From an uncultured bacterium (lineage in GTDB: Bacteria; Oederibacteriota; JAAXVQ01; JAUVAV01), in contig CAVQBK010000003.1 in assembly GCA_963710755.1 (NCBI GenBank), forward strand, positions 821,211 through 885,210: a stretch of 64,000 bases of DNA. The letters run 5' to 3'. The notes beneath the pieces were generated by a model. The model had not been told where the DNA came from and ran no database searches. It saw only the letters and a program-made list of their open reading frames with translations. The position numbers and the translations under genes were made by a program. Position 1 is the first letter of the stretch. Every line of letters starts with the position of its first letter. Of the stretch, positions 52,573 through 62,805 are shown piece after piece.

Positions 52573-53757
52573 ATGAGAGTACTGATGACTACTCATTTAA
52601 GTAGTTATGTGGGAACTTATTGGAGGCTTTGGTTTCTCGCGAGAGCTTTAGTAAAGCGCGGCCATGAGGTCACTGTAGTCTCCGTCTCACGTAAAAATAA
52701 ATGGACTGTTCGGAAAACGATTAAAGATGGAGTTATACTTTGGGAGGGGCCTAATTGGTTGCATAATTTACCCGGCAAGGGTACCGGACCTCTTGATATA
52801 TTATATCGGGCCAATCTAATAGCCAAGAACAACTATGATATTATTCATGCTTTTGAATACCATCCTAATATCAGGTTGCCGTTGGAATTTTCCCAATCCT
52901 GGAAAAAAACTATAGTCATTTCTGACTGGTGTGACTGGTACAGTCAGGGAGGGTTAGGTCCAAGATGGGGAAAATATCGCTTGCTTCAAAGGCTGGTGGC
53001 GCGCCTGGAAAACGGTATCCGTCTCAAGAGTCACGGCATAACTGTTATTTCACATTGTCTCTATGACCAGGTCAACAAGCAATTAGGAATACCCACAGAA
53101 AAAATACTCTATTTGCCGGGCGGGGCGCCGGCCGATTTGATCCGGCCCATGGATCAACATGAGGCCCGGTTAAAAAATGGATTGGGACCGGAGAAAATCA
53201 TTGGCTTTTTGGGCGCTTATCAAGCGGATTTGGATTTGGTTGTCGATGCGTTTAAATTGGTAATACAGGAACTGCCGCAATGTAAATTGTTGGTCATTGG
53301 AGAGGACAAGGGCAGCAGGCTGGATGTTTTAGAAAAGAAGATCCAGGCCTATGGTGTAAAGAATAAAATTATACGCACGGGATTTGTGGATTCACAGCGC
53401 CTGCCTTCCTTATTGGCCTGTGCTGATGTATTTGCCTTGCCGATCCGGAACACATTAAATAATCTTTCCCGCTGGCCGAATAAAATAGGAGAGTACCTGG
53501 CCGCAGGCAGACCGACAGTCGCTCATGCCGTTGGTGAAATGAAATATTTGTTTGAGAAATATTCCATAGGCCTTGCGGTGGAGCAGGATGACCGCGCCTA
53601 TGCCAATGCGTTGTTGGAGCTTTTAAAAAACCAGGCCAAAGCTCAACAATGTGGAGAACAAGCAAGAGAAGTGGCGGAACAGGTGCTTTCGTGGGACTGC
53701 CTGAGCACGGAATTGGAAGCTTTTTATCTAAGTATAAAAAAAGGGGCGGGGATGTAA
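52573..53757 (+). CDS. Family-4 glycosyltransferase (GT-B)
   Basis: GT4 C-terminal domain with 'RWPNKIGEYLAAGRPTVA' (E..G..K-like). Paralogous (~35-40% identity) to the CDS at 62806-63981. Confidence 0.7.
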   Translation: MRVLMTTHLSSYVGTYWRLWFLARALVKRGHEVTVVSVSRKNKWTVRKTIKDGVILWEGPNWLHNLPGKGTGPLDILYRANLIAKNNYDIIHAFEYHPNIRLPLEFSQSWKKTIVISDWCDWYSQGGLGPRWGKYRLLQRLVARLENGIRLKSHGITVISHCLYDQVNKQLGIPTEKILYLPGGAPADLIRPMDQHEARLKNGLGPEKIIGFLGAYQADLDLVVDAFKLVIQELPQCKLLVIGEDKGSRLDVLEKKIQAYGVKNKIIRTGFVDSQRLPSLLACADVFALPIRNTLNNLSRWPNKIGEYLAAGRPTVAHAVGEMKYLFEKYSIGLAVEQDDRAYANALLELLKNQAKAQQCGEQAREVAEQVLSWDCLSTELEAFYLSIKKGAGM

Positions 53758-53903
53758 TGCCCTGCTTGATATATTTTTTTGCATAACAATGGATTTGCAT
53801 AATTGTAACAGCATGCAGTGAAAAGGAATTATATTAAGCACACATAAGTTCATAACGTCATGGTTTGGGGAACGGATATGCTTAAGAAAGGCTTGAATGA
53901 GAA

Positions 53904-55070
53904 ATGGATTTTAAAGTATTAATGCTGCATAATCGCTACCTTATCAGGGGTGGAGAAGATGAATGCGTGGACGCTGAGCTGGGTTTACTTAATTCCCGCG
54001 GCTGCCATGCGGAATTACGGGAGATAAACAATAACCTGATAAGCGGACTTGGTAAGATACGCGCTGCCGGCAGAACACTTTGGTCATTTCCTGCGTTTAA
54101 CCAAGTTCGCCGGGAAATAAAAAAAAACGGGTTTAATTTGGTCCATGTCCACAATTTTTTCCCGCTGTGGTCGCCGTCGGTTTATTATGCGGCCGCCCTT
54201 GAGGGTGTACCCATAGTGCAGACATTGCACAATTACCGTTTGTTATGCCCCAACGCCCTTTTCTATCGTGAAAGCCGGATCTGCGAGGATTGCCCGGGTC
54301 ATAAGATACCCTGGCCGGGAATTCAGCACCGGTGCTACCGGAATAGTTTTATGGGCTCCGCCACGGTTGCAAGCATGATAGCGCTGCACCGATTCATCGG
54401 CACATGGAAACAAAAGGTAACTCTGTATATAGCCTTAAGTGAATTCTCACGTAAAAAATTTATAGAAAATGGTATCCCGGAAAAGAAAATAGTTGTAAAA
54501 CCAAACTTTATTTATCCCGATCCCGGTATCGGAGGTGGCAACGGAGATTATGCTATTTACGTTGGAAGATTATGCCCTGAAAAGGGGATACGCACTGTTT
54601 TGCAAGCTTGGGAAAAAATGAACGCAAAATTAAAGCTCTTTATTCTCGGGGATGGGCCACTGGCACAAGAGATGACCGAAATCGCCAATAAAGCGCAAAG
54701 CGTTGTCTATCTTGGCAGAAAATCATTGGATGAAGTGCAACAATTTATAGGTGAAGCCAAATTTCTAATATTTCCGTCGGAATTGTATGAAACTTTTGGC
54801 AGGGTGGCCATAGAAGCCTTTGCCAAAGGCACGCCTGTTTTGGCGGCAAATCTTGGAGCGGCGGCGGAAATTACCGAATCCGGACGCAACAGTCTTCATT
54901 TCGAGGCGGGGAATAGCGATGACTTAGCTGCAAAAGCAGATTGGTTGCTTAGTCACCCTTCCCAGCTTGCGGCGATGCGTCGGGAAGCCCGATTAACATA
55001 TGAGGGAAAATATACGGCGGACAAAAATCACCAATTATTACTTTCTATTTATGAAAAAGCTAGTCATTGA
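53904..55070 (+). CDS. Family-4 glycosyltransferase (GT-B)
   Basis: 'VGRLCPEKGI' and 'SELYETFGRVAIEAFAKGTPVLA' GT4 motifs. Confidence 0.8.
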   Translation: MDFKVLMLHNRYLIRGGEDECVDAELGLLNSRGCHAELREINNNLISGLGKIRAAGRTLWSFPAFNQVRREIKKNGFNLVHVHNFFPLWSPSVYYAAALEGVPIVQTLHNYRLLCPNALFYRESRICEDCPGHKIPWPGIQHRCYRNSFMGSATVASMIALHRFIGTWKQKVTLYIALSEFSRKKFIENGIPEKKIVVKPNFIYPDPGIGGGNGDYAIYVGRLCPEKGIRTVLQAWEKMNAKLKLFILGDGPLAQEMTEIANKAQSVVYLGRKSLDEVQQFIGEAKFLIFPSELYETFGRVAIEAFAKGTPVLAANLGAAAEITESGRNSLHFEAGNSDDLAAKADWLLSHPSQLAAMRREARLTYEGKYTADKNHQLLLSIYEKASH

Positions 55071-55284
55071 TTTTTTCAGGCCATCCTGGAGAATTTCTGT
55101 TAAAATTGTTCAAAGAAGAGGACTGTTTTACGATTATGCAGGATCCTTAGGTCCACGTATGTACACAGACTGACCGCGAATTGATTTAAAAATGTACAAA
55201 AAAATAGTTGGCAACTGATTGCTAACCGTCAGGAAGCCATTTATAAGGAATTATGTAAGCTTAGCTCATTAAAATAGAGGAAAA

Positions 55285-56664
55285 ATGTTTGCCTTTGCCA
55301 CCGGTAAGATAAAGAAATATTGGACCAGAATTACCGTTAAAGAAGAGGGGAAAAAAATATTTTCAAACGCTTCTTGGCTCCTGGCCGAAAAGATTATACG
55401 GCTTGCAGTAAGTTTTTTAGTCGGCATATGGATGGCCCGATATTTGGGTCCGACGCAATATGGGATTTTAAATTACGCCGCAGCTTGGATAGCGATCGCC
55501 ACTATTATCACTTCCTGGGGGTTGACGGACAGTTTGATTGTGCGCGATCTTGTCCGTGAACCCGGGCATAATAATGTAATCGTATTTACCTCGCTCGCCC
55601 TAAGATTATTAAGCAGTATTTTGCTCTACTCTTTGATGTTGCTCTTTCTGCAAAAATCAGCCGCTGCTCAGAAAACGTCGGTTATGATCATGATTTTAGG
55701 CATTGGCATGATTTTCCAATCCTTTGAAATATTCGATTTCTGGTTTCAATCACAGGTAAAATCCAAATATGTGGTCATAGCCAAAGCGTTGGCCTTTTTA
55801 ACCATGAATGTTCTCAAAGTAATTGCTATTTCACTTCGATGGCCTTTGGAAGTCTTTGGATGGTGTTTAACCGGCGAGTTAATAATAAGTGCAGGCGGGT
55901 ATATTTTCTTTTTTTACAGAATTGGCGGGGACTATACGCGAAAAAAAATGCAAATCAGTATTGATCGTGCATTGACATTGCTCAAACAATCATGGCCATT
56001 GTTAATGTCCGGTTTGGGCTACGCTATATATATGAAGACGGACCAGATTATGCTAGGCAATATGATCGGTGCACAGGCGGTGGGGTTATATTCTGTAGCC
56101 ACAAAGGTAACTGAAGTATGTTATTTTTTACCCATGGTTATTGTTTCTTCGGTTTTTCCAAATTTAATTAAGATTAAATTGCTGGATGCAAGTAAATATT
56201 ATGAACGCTTGCAAAAATTGTATGACGGGCTCACTGCACTGGCTTTGATGATTATCATTCCTACAACATTATTTTCGTATTATATTATTGTCAGCTTGTT
56301 TGGAGGCCATTACCAGGAGAGTGCCTACATTTTAGCCATACATATTTGGGGGTTGCTTTTTACTTTCAACCGGGTGGCGTTTGGTAAATTTTTAGTAATT
56401 GAAGGTTTGTTAAAATTTTCTTTTATCAGCAATGCAATAGGGGCGATTATCAACGTTGCGGCTAACCTTTATGCCATACCCCGCTGGCAAGGTCAAGGTG
56501 CGGCGGTGGCTACAATCATTTCATACTTCATCTCTTTGCACGTCGCTGCTTGGTTTTTCTCTAAAACGCGGAATAATGCCAATATGATTTTAAAAGCATT
56601 TTTTATCCCATTTCGGAGTTTGATCTATTTGCTGAGAGTAGGCAGGACACATGACGTTAAATGA
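55285..56664 (+). CDS. wzx: Polysaccharide flippase Wzx (MOP/PST family)
   Basis: ~14 transmembrane segments with a polysaccharide-biosynthesis-protein pattern. AGAGGA ribosome-binding site. Confidence 0.75.
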   Translation: MFAFATGKIKKYWTRITVKEEGKKIFSNASWLLAEKIIRLAVSFLVGIWMARYLGPTQYGILNYAAAWIAIATIITSWGLTDSLIVRDLVREPGHNNVIVFTSLALRLLSSILLYSLMLLFLQKSAAAQKTSVMIMILGIGMIFQSFEIFDFWFQSQVKSKYVVIAKALAFLTMNVLKVIAISLRWPLEVFGWCLTGELIISAGGYIFFFYRIGGDYTRKKMQISIDRALTLLKQSWPLLMSGLGYAIYMKTDQIMLGNMIGAQAVGLYSVATKVTEVCYFLPMVIVSSVFPNLIKIKLLDASKYYERLQKLYDGLTALALMIIIPTTLFSYYIIVSLFGGHYQESAYILAIHIWGLLFTFNRVAFGKFLVIEGLLKFSFISNAIGAIINVAANLYAIPRWQGQGAAVATIISYFISLHVAAWFFSKTRNNANMILKAFFIPFRSLIYLLRVGRTHDVK

Positions 56665-57781
56665 TCTTTCGAAGTTACAGAATTATTTACATTATATGCT
56701 TGCAGGTTACTTAAATGGGAATCAAATGAACAAGGGGAGTGAAAATAAACGTATTTGGGAAGAAACGATAACTTTAATTAATGATGGAAGAAAATCCCCC
56801 TTTTTTTCTTGCGTTGAGGAGCTTATCAGCGCTGGGTATGCAATATTTTTGCAAAAAATAGCTCATGTCTCGATGAAAAAGAAAAAACAAGTGGCAAAGT
56901 GTTTGCAGCCATTTGCCGACTGGAAACAAAAAATAAAACTATCAAGGCGACTAAAACCGATAGTTCTTCTTCAACGAAGACTTGAGAGAAGGAAAGAGAT
57001 TTTTCTATTTGCTGGTTTACATGGCAGTTATTCGACCCAGGATTTTATTTATGGCATGAGTGATGTGGACACGATATTAGTACTTAGAAAACAAACAGTA
57101 TTGGATCCAAAATTACTCAGGCAAGCCAGGAAGATAATTGGTCCTACTGTCAAATATTTATATAAAATCTGTATTTTTCAGCACCATGAGCACCATGTCA
57201 TTTCTGAGATTGATTTAGATTTCTACCCACCTCATTATTTTCCAATGGAGTTGATGGACTACACTACAGCTTTTATAGGCGACTCTTTAACTTTCTTGAA
57301 AAGATCGGATTATATTGAGGTCAAAGAAAGTCTGGTACAATGGAGAGAAAAATTTGGACGCGGAGACTTCAGCAGGATAATGCAAAAAGACAATTTATAT
57401 GACATGGTTCATTACAATCAAAGCATATTGTTTTTGCCCTGTCTTTGGCAGTCTCTTTCTCGGAAGAATTTGTATAAAAAGCATATTTTTAAAATATTTT
57501 ATAAAGCTTTCGATTCTAAGGAAACCGCTATTATGCGGACCGCTGAATCCCTGAGAAAACAAATCATCGCTGATCCCCGTTGGTATAGGCTGCTGGTTGA
57601 TGGATTAGCTCTCCTAAAGCGCCCAGGTCTATTCCCTAAGGTTTTTCGGATACTGACCAAATATTTATACGGGAATAAGAAACTTGTGTTTAAAAAAAAT
57701 ATTGCCCAGCTATCTTCAAACCAAGTTGTGACATTGATCGATAGCATATTGAAAGGAGCGAGTAACCATGCTGAAGGATGA
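56651..57781 (+). CDS. Nucleotidyltransferase-fold protein (Pol β-like minimal NTase motif), function unknown
   Basis: 'FAGLHGSYSTQDFIYGMSDVDTILVL' fits hG[GS]x9-13[DE]h[DE]h. Overlaps the wzx stop and the next gene's start. Very AT-rich. Confidence 0.45.
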   Translation: MTLNDLSKLQNYLHYMLAGYLNGNQMNKGSENKRIWEETITLINDGRKSPFFSCVEELISAGYAIFLQKIAHVSMKKKKQVAKCLQPFADWKQKIKLSRRLKPIVLLQRRLERRKEIFLFAGLHGSYSTQDFIYGMSDVDTILVLRKQTVLDPKLLRQARKIIGPTVKYLYKICIFQHHEHHVISEIDLDFYPPHYFPMELMDYTTAFIGDSLTFLKRSDYIEVKESLVQWREKFGRGDFSRIMQKDNLYDMVHYNQSILFLPCLWQSLSRKNLYKKHIFKIFYKAFDSKETAIMRTAESLRKQIIADPRWYRLLVDGLALLKRPGLFPKVFRILTKYLYGNKKLVFKKNIAQLSSNQVVTLIDSILKGASNHAEG

Positions 57782-58865
57782 CACGAAATACTTTCCGCGC
57801 GAAGCATATCCCCAAGCTATTTTTGAATACTTAAAGATGTTAAAACCTCATTATACTGATATAAGCGCCATTTACCAGTTTGGTGACGTTGGACAACCTG
57901 GATTATCAGATATTGACTTAATTGTAGTCATGAAAAATAATTGCCATCAGCAAAAATATACCGATTATACAGTGCCTCGCCAAAATGACTCTTTAACTTA
58001 TTTAATTTGCCATGATCCCTTGTTTGTAAATGAAGAAATATTCCGAAAAATTAAATATGGGTATCCGATATTTAAATTATCTTGGCTCTGGGGAAAGGGT
58101 ATTGATTATGAGCAAGTGTTACATGATGAAAATAAGGAAATCAATATTTTAAATTTACTCAATACTTTTTTAACCAAAGTTCCGTCTGATTATATAAGAT
58201 ATATATATAGAGAAGAGCAGGTCTCCTGCCGTCTTGCAATTGCAATGTTAAACTCCTTTAAACATATGTATGCCTTGTTATTTAGCATTACTGGTGAACG
58301 TGATAGTGGATCGGAAAATTATATTGAAAGACTTGATGGATTAAGAAAAGGGTGGTTTCAAGATAATTCCTTAGAAAAACTTGAACAGTTGAAGGAAATG
58401 ATCAAAGAATCTTTGTATGTCATTGCTGATTTGGTGAAAAAAACTGATATCATGGTTAGGCATCAATATAATCTTACGCCCAAAGGAGACTTGATCTTTA
58501 AAAACCGCACTTTTTATTATATATTTAAAAAAGAATGGGAAAAAGAGATTTTTATAAAAGAAATTGAGAGTCGAGGAACAATATATTTTCCATATTCTTT
58601 TTCACTATTTTTACAGCATGCTTCCAGGCAAAAAAACGTCTATGGACAATATTGCAAACGTATACTAAAGCCGCACAACCATAAGATAACAGGGATTCAA
58701 GAGAACAGTGTTATTAATGAGCACAATATGATTAAAGATAAATATATCACTTTTATGAAAAACTGCTTTATGTATCCGCCACTGCCATACATCGGCATGG
58801 GCTACCAAGCGTTGGGTAGCAGAATTTATAATAAAGTAAAAATATTTCTAAAAAGAGAAAGATGA
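57768..58865 (+). CDS. Second nucleotidyltransferase-fold-like protein, function unknown
   Basis: 'QFGDVGQPGLSDIDLIVVM' is a KNTase-like SDIDL motif. Coupled to both flanking genes. Confidence 0.4.
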   Translation: MLKDDTKYFPREAYPQAIFEYLKMLKPHYTDISAIYQFGDVGQPGLSDIDLIVVMKNNCHQQKYTDYTVPRQNDSLTYLICHDPLFVNEEIFRKIKYGYPIFKLSWLWGKGIDYEQVLHDENKEINILNLLNTFLTKVPSDYIRYIYREEQVSCRLAIAMLNSFKHMYALLFSITGERDSGSENYIERLDGLRKGWFQDNSLEKLEQLKEMIKESLYVIADLVKKTDIMVRHQYNLTPKGDLIFKNRTFYYIFKKEWEKEIFIKEIESRGTIYFPYSFSLFLQHASRQKNVYGQYCKRILKPHNHKITGIQENSVINEHNMIKDKYITFMKNCFMYPPLPYIGMGYQALGSRIYNKVKIFLKRER

Positions 58866-60025
58866 TGTTAAAAGAATATATCCAAAACAACTTGCACCGA
58901 TGGATATGCTGGATTGGAACACTGCTTAACCATCTGATCGGGCATGGCAGACAAAGGAAATGTCTCTTAATTCTTCGTACGGATGGTATTGGTGACTTTG
59001 TCTTGTTTGGCCCCATGATAGCGACATTGGCAGAGAGATATCCTGGTCACGAGTTATTGCTTTTGTTGCAGGCTCGTGTGGCGGAATTAGCTGACGCCCA
59101 TCCGGATATTTCTAAACTTATTACTTTTAACTATTCGAAATACCGCAAAAATATTTTCTATCGCTTGAAAACATTATGGTACATCCGCCAAAAAAAAGTC
59201 GCCATTTGTATTAATCCGATGGTTTCGAGAGATTGGATAGGCGATGAAATAGTGCTCTGGTCAAATGCGGGGGAGAAAATCGGGTGGGATACAATATTCC
59301 CCTCTATGAGCTTGAAACAGAAAAAGCAAGGCGATCATTATTATACTCGACTAATTAAAACAAATTTGATGCCATATGCTCATGAGCTAAATAGTAATAA
59401 ATTATTTTTACATGATACTTGTCAGCAGGATGCGGATTTTCGGATGGCAATATGGCCTGCACCTCAGCACATAAAAAATGTCGCCACCCGATGGAAAGAT
59501 GCAAGACTAGAGAACTCCAAGGTGATTTGTTTGTCAATAGGGGCCCTGGCTTCCTATCGCAAGTGGGCTATTGAAAACTACTTTGCATTAATTGAACGGA
59601 TACGTAACTATTCGCAAGACCATAAATTTATAATAATTGGAGAAACTGATAAAACTATTATAGATAAAATAGTCGCCTATCAAAAAAGAGAACCGGACAT
59701 TTTTAACTGGTGCGGGACCACAGCTTTGGGAGAATTATCTGCTATCTTTAAACATTGCCAAATGGTCATTGGCAATGAATCCGGGCCAATGCATATAGCA
59801 GTTGCAGTAAATGTACCCACGGTATGTATTTTGGGCGGAGGGCATTACGGGAGATTCATGCCTTATGGGAACGAAGATATTCATAAATACGTCATTAAAA
59901 AAATGGATTGTTTTCAATGCAATTGGAAATGTAAATATAATAGCGTACGCTGTATTGCGGAAATCCCAATAGCGGCGGTCTATGCTGAAGTAATAAAACT
60001 GTTGGCACAACTCGAGTTGAAATAA
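58862..60025 (+). CDS. Family-9 glycosyltransferase (ADP-heptose:LPS heptosyltransferase family)
   Basis: N-terminal 'LLILRTDGIGDFVLFGPMIATLAERYP' and C-terminal 'VIGNESGPMHIAVAVNVPTVCILGG' match the two GT9 signature regions. Confidence 0.75.
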   Translation: MMLKEYIQNNLHRWICWIGTLLNHLIGHGRQRKCLLILRTDGIGDFVLFGPMIATLAERYPGHELLLLLQARVAELADAHPDISKLITFNYSKYRKNIFYRLKTLWYIRQKKVAICINPMVSRDWIGDEIVLWSNAGEKIGWDTIFPSMSLKQKKQGDHYYTRLIKTNLMPYAHELNSNKLFLHDTCQQDADFRMAIWPAPQHIKNVATRWKDARLENSKVICLSIGALASYRKWAIENYFALIERIRNYSQDHKFIIIGETDKTIIDKIVAYQKREPDIFNWCGTTALGELSAIFKHCQMVIGNESGPMHIAVAVNVPTVCILGGGHYGRFMPYGNEDIHKYVIKKMDCFQCNWKCKYNSVRCIAEIPIAAVYAEVIKLLAQLELK

Positions 60026-60076
60026 AACCTTTTTTGTCCACATATTTCTATATAAAGTGACCGGGCTGGTAAACGT

Positions 60077-61975
60077 ATGCAAAAAGGATTAATTATACTC
60101 CCCATTCTTGTTTGGACTTGTCTATTTGTGTGGCAACGTCAGAAGGCCGCGTGGAGGGAGTCCTTACTGCAAGCCACCCTTGTGTGGAGCATACTCTTAA
60201 CCCTGATGGTGGAAATTACGAGTTTGGTTAACTTAATTAGGTGGTGGGCATGGGGTATAATCTGGGGTCTTATATTGACCTTTCTAATAGGAAAACTTTT
60301 CCGGGATAAAGCAAATATATTGAGCCTTTTTAAATGGCCGCATCAATTCAACAAAATGGAAATATTGTTAATATCATGTTTGATATTTTATTTGAGTCTG
60401 TTGTTGTTGGTAGCGGCGACAGCCGTTCCCAATACCTGGGATTCCATGACCTATCATTTACCTCGAATTATGCATTGGCTGCATGATCACAGCGTGACCA
60501 ATTATCCCACTAATATACTGCGCCAATTGTACCAGTCCCCTTGGGCTGAATATGCCGTCATGAATTGGATGCTGCTAAGCGGTAATGACACCTTTGCCAA
60601 TCTTGTGCAGTGGACCGCGATGGTTGGGAGTTTGATCGGGGGTTCCTTGATCGCCAAAGAAATGGGGTTAAATAGAGCTGGTCAGCTTGTCACGGCTGTG
60701 GTGATTGTTACCATTCCCATGGGCATGATGCAGGCCACGAGCACACAAAATGATTACGTCACGGCCTTATGGCTGGTGATCGCCATGTATTATGCCATTG
60801 TTTTAACGGAGAAATTTAACTGGTCAAAAATGATATGGTTTTCCGCTGCCGTCGGGCTTGCTTTGCTTACAAAAGGGACTGCATATATTTATAGTTTGCC
60901 GATATTGGTTTATATGGGAATCATTTGGGCCAGGCAATTAAGACATAAGGCTTGGCGTCCAATACTTGTAACGGGATCTGTTATTTTACTTTTGAATGGC
61001 TTTTATTACGCCAGAAATCTGGCTTTGTTTCATTCGCCACTGGGAAGCAAAAGTATTAGTCAAATGTACAAAAATGCTGATTACTATCCCAATGCAATAG
61101 CTGCCAATATTATTAAAAATGCAGCATTGCATCTTCAGTTTACAGACAAAAAATTGGATAAAGACATTGAAAAAAGTGTCAAACGAATCTGCGACAATTT
61201 GGGGGTATCTTGTGATGACCCCAAATATACTTGGCATAATACGGTTTTTAAACTATATTCAGTTCGGAAGTGGGATGAAGACTCGGCAGGAAATACTTAT
61301 CATTTCCTCTTGAGCCTTGTTGCAGTGCTGATATTTATCGTTATGCTTCTAAAAATAAAAATGCCCTTTGTGACGACCTCTTACATTTGTATTGTTGCCG
61401 TGATGTTTATTTTGTTTTGTAGTTATTTAAAATGGCAACCATGGCATTCACGGCTTCACTTGCCAATATTTGTGCTTTTGGTTCCATTTATGGTAAAAAT
61501 GTTTTCAAAAATAAAAGTTCCCGGTAGTCTGTACATCATCGCCTCCTTCTTATTGCTGACATCCCTTCCTGGACTATTTAAGAGTCATTCCCGACCATTG
61601 ATTGGAGAACAATCTATATTTCATCAATCACGATATAGGCAATACTTTAACGCTAATCCTAAATATTATGACGAATTCAAAAAGATTGATCAGATATTGA
61701 CACGGCATTCCTGGAAACGAATAGGATTAATTTGGTCGGAAGACACTTGGGAATATCCGCTGTGGCTAAATCAAAATGGCGTCTTCAGTGGGAGAACAAT
61801 TACTCATATAGCTGTTGAAAATGAGTCTGGAAAATATGCTTCAAATAATAACTCGTCAGAAGTAGTTGACTGCATAATTATAGCGAAGAAGGCGCTTAAT
61901 AAGTGGGATAAAACAGATTTTAAAAATAAATATCATGAGATGTTAAGTTTGGATGATTTTCGAATATTTTATTAA
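60077..61975 (+). CDS. Polytopic membrane glycosyltransferase of GT-C type (ArnT/PMT-like, polyprenyl-phosphate-sugar dependent), inferred
   Basis: ~12 transmembrane helices, a first extracytoplasmic loop with an acidic motif (…NTWDSMTYHLPR…), and a ~130-aa C-terminal soluble domain. Neighbours a DPM1-like GT2 gene. Confidence 0.5.
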   Translation: MQKGLIILPILVWTCLFVWQRQKAAWRESLLQATLVWSILLTLMVEITSLVNLIRWWAWGIIWGLILTFLIGKLFRDKANILSLFKWPHQFNKMEILLISCLIFYLSLLLLVAATAVPNTWDSMTYHLPRIMHWLHDHSVTNYPTNILRQLYQSPWAEYAVMNWMLLSGNDTFANLVQWTAMVGSLIGGSLIAKEMGLNRAGQLVTAVVIVTIPMGMMQATSTQNDYVTALWLVIAMYYAIVLTEKFNWSKMIWFSAAVGLALLTKGTAYIYSLPILVYMGIIWARQLRHKAWRPILVTGSVILLLNGFYYARNLALFHSPLGSKSISQMYKNADYYPNAIAANIIKNAALHLQFTDKKLDKDIEKSVKRICDNLGVSCDDPKYTWHNTVFKLYSVRKWDEDSAGNTYHFLLSLVAVLIFIVMLLKIKMPFVTTSYICIVAVMFILFCSYLKWQPWHSRLHLPIFVLLVPFMVKMFSKIKVPGSLYIIASFLLLTSLPGLFKSHSRPLIGEQSIFHQSRYRQYFNANPKYYDEFKKIDQILTRHSWKRIGLIWSEDTWEYPLWLNQNGVFSGRTITHIAVENESGKYASNNNSSEVVDCIIIAKKALNKWDKTDFKNKYHEMLSLDDFRIFY

Positions 61976-62067
61976 AAATATTAAACCAAGCGATATATCA
62001 TTGAATGAGAAGTAAATATTGTTGTTGTCTTTTTAAGACTACTCTTATTTTGAGCAAGGATTGTCCA

Positions 62068-62769
62068 ATGAATACTGATAAGCTTCCTTCAATTTCAGTA
62101 ATAATACCAGCGTATAATGAGGAAAAAACAATTGCTGAAATTATTGCTAAGGTTCGAGAAATACAAATTGAAAAAGAAATTATCGTTGTTAATGATGGAT
62201 CTAAAGATAATACGGAGAAAATTCTAGAGGGGCTTGAGGGCCCGGATATGAAAATCGTCAACCTACCCGGCAATTCAGGGAAGGGAGGCGCCATCAGGGA
62301 AGGCTTTAAACATGCCCAAAATAAAATAGTCGTGATTCAAGATGCAGATTTGGAATACGATCCTCAAGATTATTATGAGTTGTTAACCCCTTTTGTTACC
62401 GACAACGCTGATGTCGTTTACGGCAGCCGGTTTTTAACCACTAAGACCAGACGGTTGCATTATTTTTGGCATTATGTAGCTAATAATCTTTTAACCCTGG
62501 CTTGTAATATGGTTAGCAATCTCAATATGACGGACATGGAAACATGCTATAAATTATTTAAACGTGAACATATTCAAAGCTTAAAACTGATGGAAAAGAA
62601 ATTTGGTATAGAGCCCGAAATGACTATTAAACTTGCCAAGAAAAAGCTTAAATTCTACGAAGTGGGCATCTCCTACCATGGCCGATCTTATGAAGATGGG
62701 AAAAAAATCGGAGCCAAAGATGCTTTTCGCGCTTTTTACTGTATTTTAAAATATGGGTTATTTAGTTGA
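62068..62769 (+). CDS. Family-2 glycosyltransferase, DPM1/ArnC-like (paralog of 33794-34525)
   Basis: 'ISVIIPAYNEE', 'NDGSKDNT', 'IQDADLEYDP', C-terminal 'YCILKYGLF'. The upstream part of the 6-frame ORF (from 62005) is a non-homologous leader. Confidence 0.8.
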   Translation: MNTDKLPSISVIIPAYNEEKTIAEIIAKVREIQIEKEIIVVNDGSKDNTEKILEGLEGPDMKIVNLPGNSGKGGAIREGFKHAQNKIVVIQDADLEYDPQDYYELLTPFVTDNADVVYGSRFLTTKTRRLHYFWHYVANNLLTLACNMVSNLNMTDMETCYKLFKREHIQSLKLMEKKFGIEPEMTIKLAKKKLKFYEVGISYHGRSYEDGKKIGAKDAFRAFYCILKYGLFS

Positions 62770-62805
62770 TGAAAAAGCTTGATGGAGACTGAGACAGGCA
62801 GAGTC

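Noticed and set aside
53780-53820. Repeated TTGCATAA motifs (TTGCATAACAATGGATTTGCATAATTG) between the two GT4 genes
   Set aside because: It could be an operator, but the region is AT-rich low-complexity sequence and there are only two copies. No regulator gene is adjacent.
55230-55260. Sigma-54-like TGGCAA…TTGCT element upstream of wzx
   Set aside because: The GG-to-GC spacing is one base short of the strict -24/-12 geometry. No enhancer-binding-protein gene is nearby.
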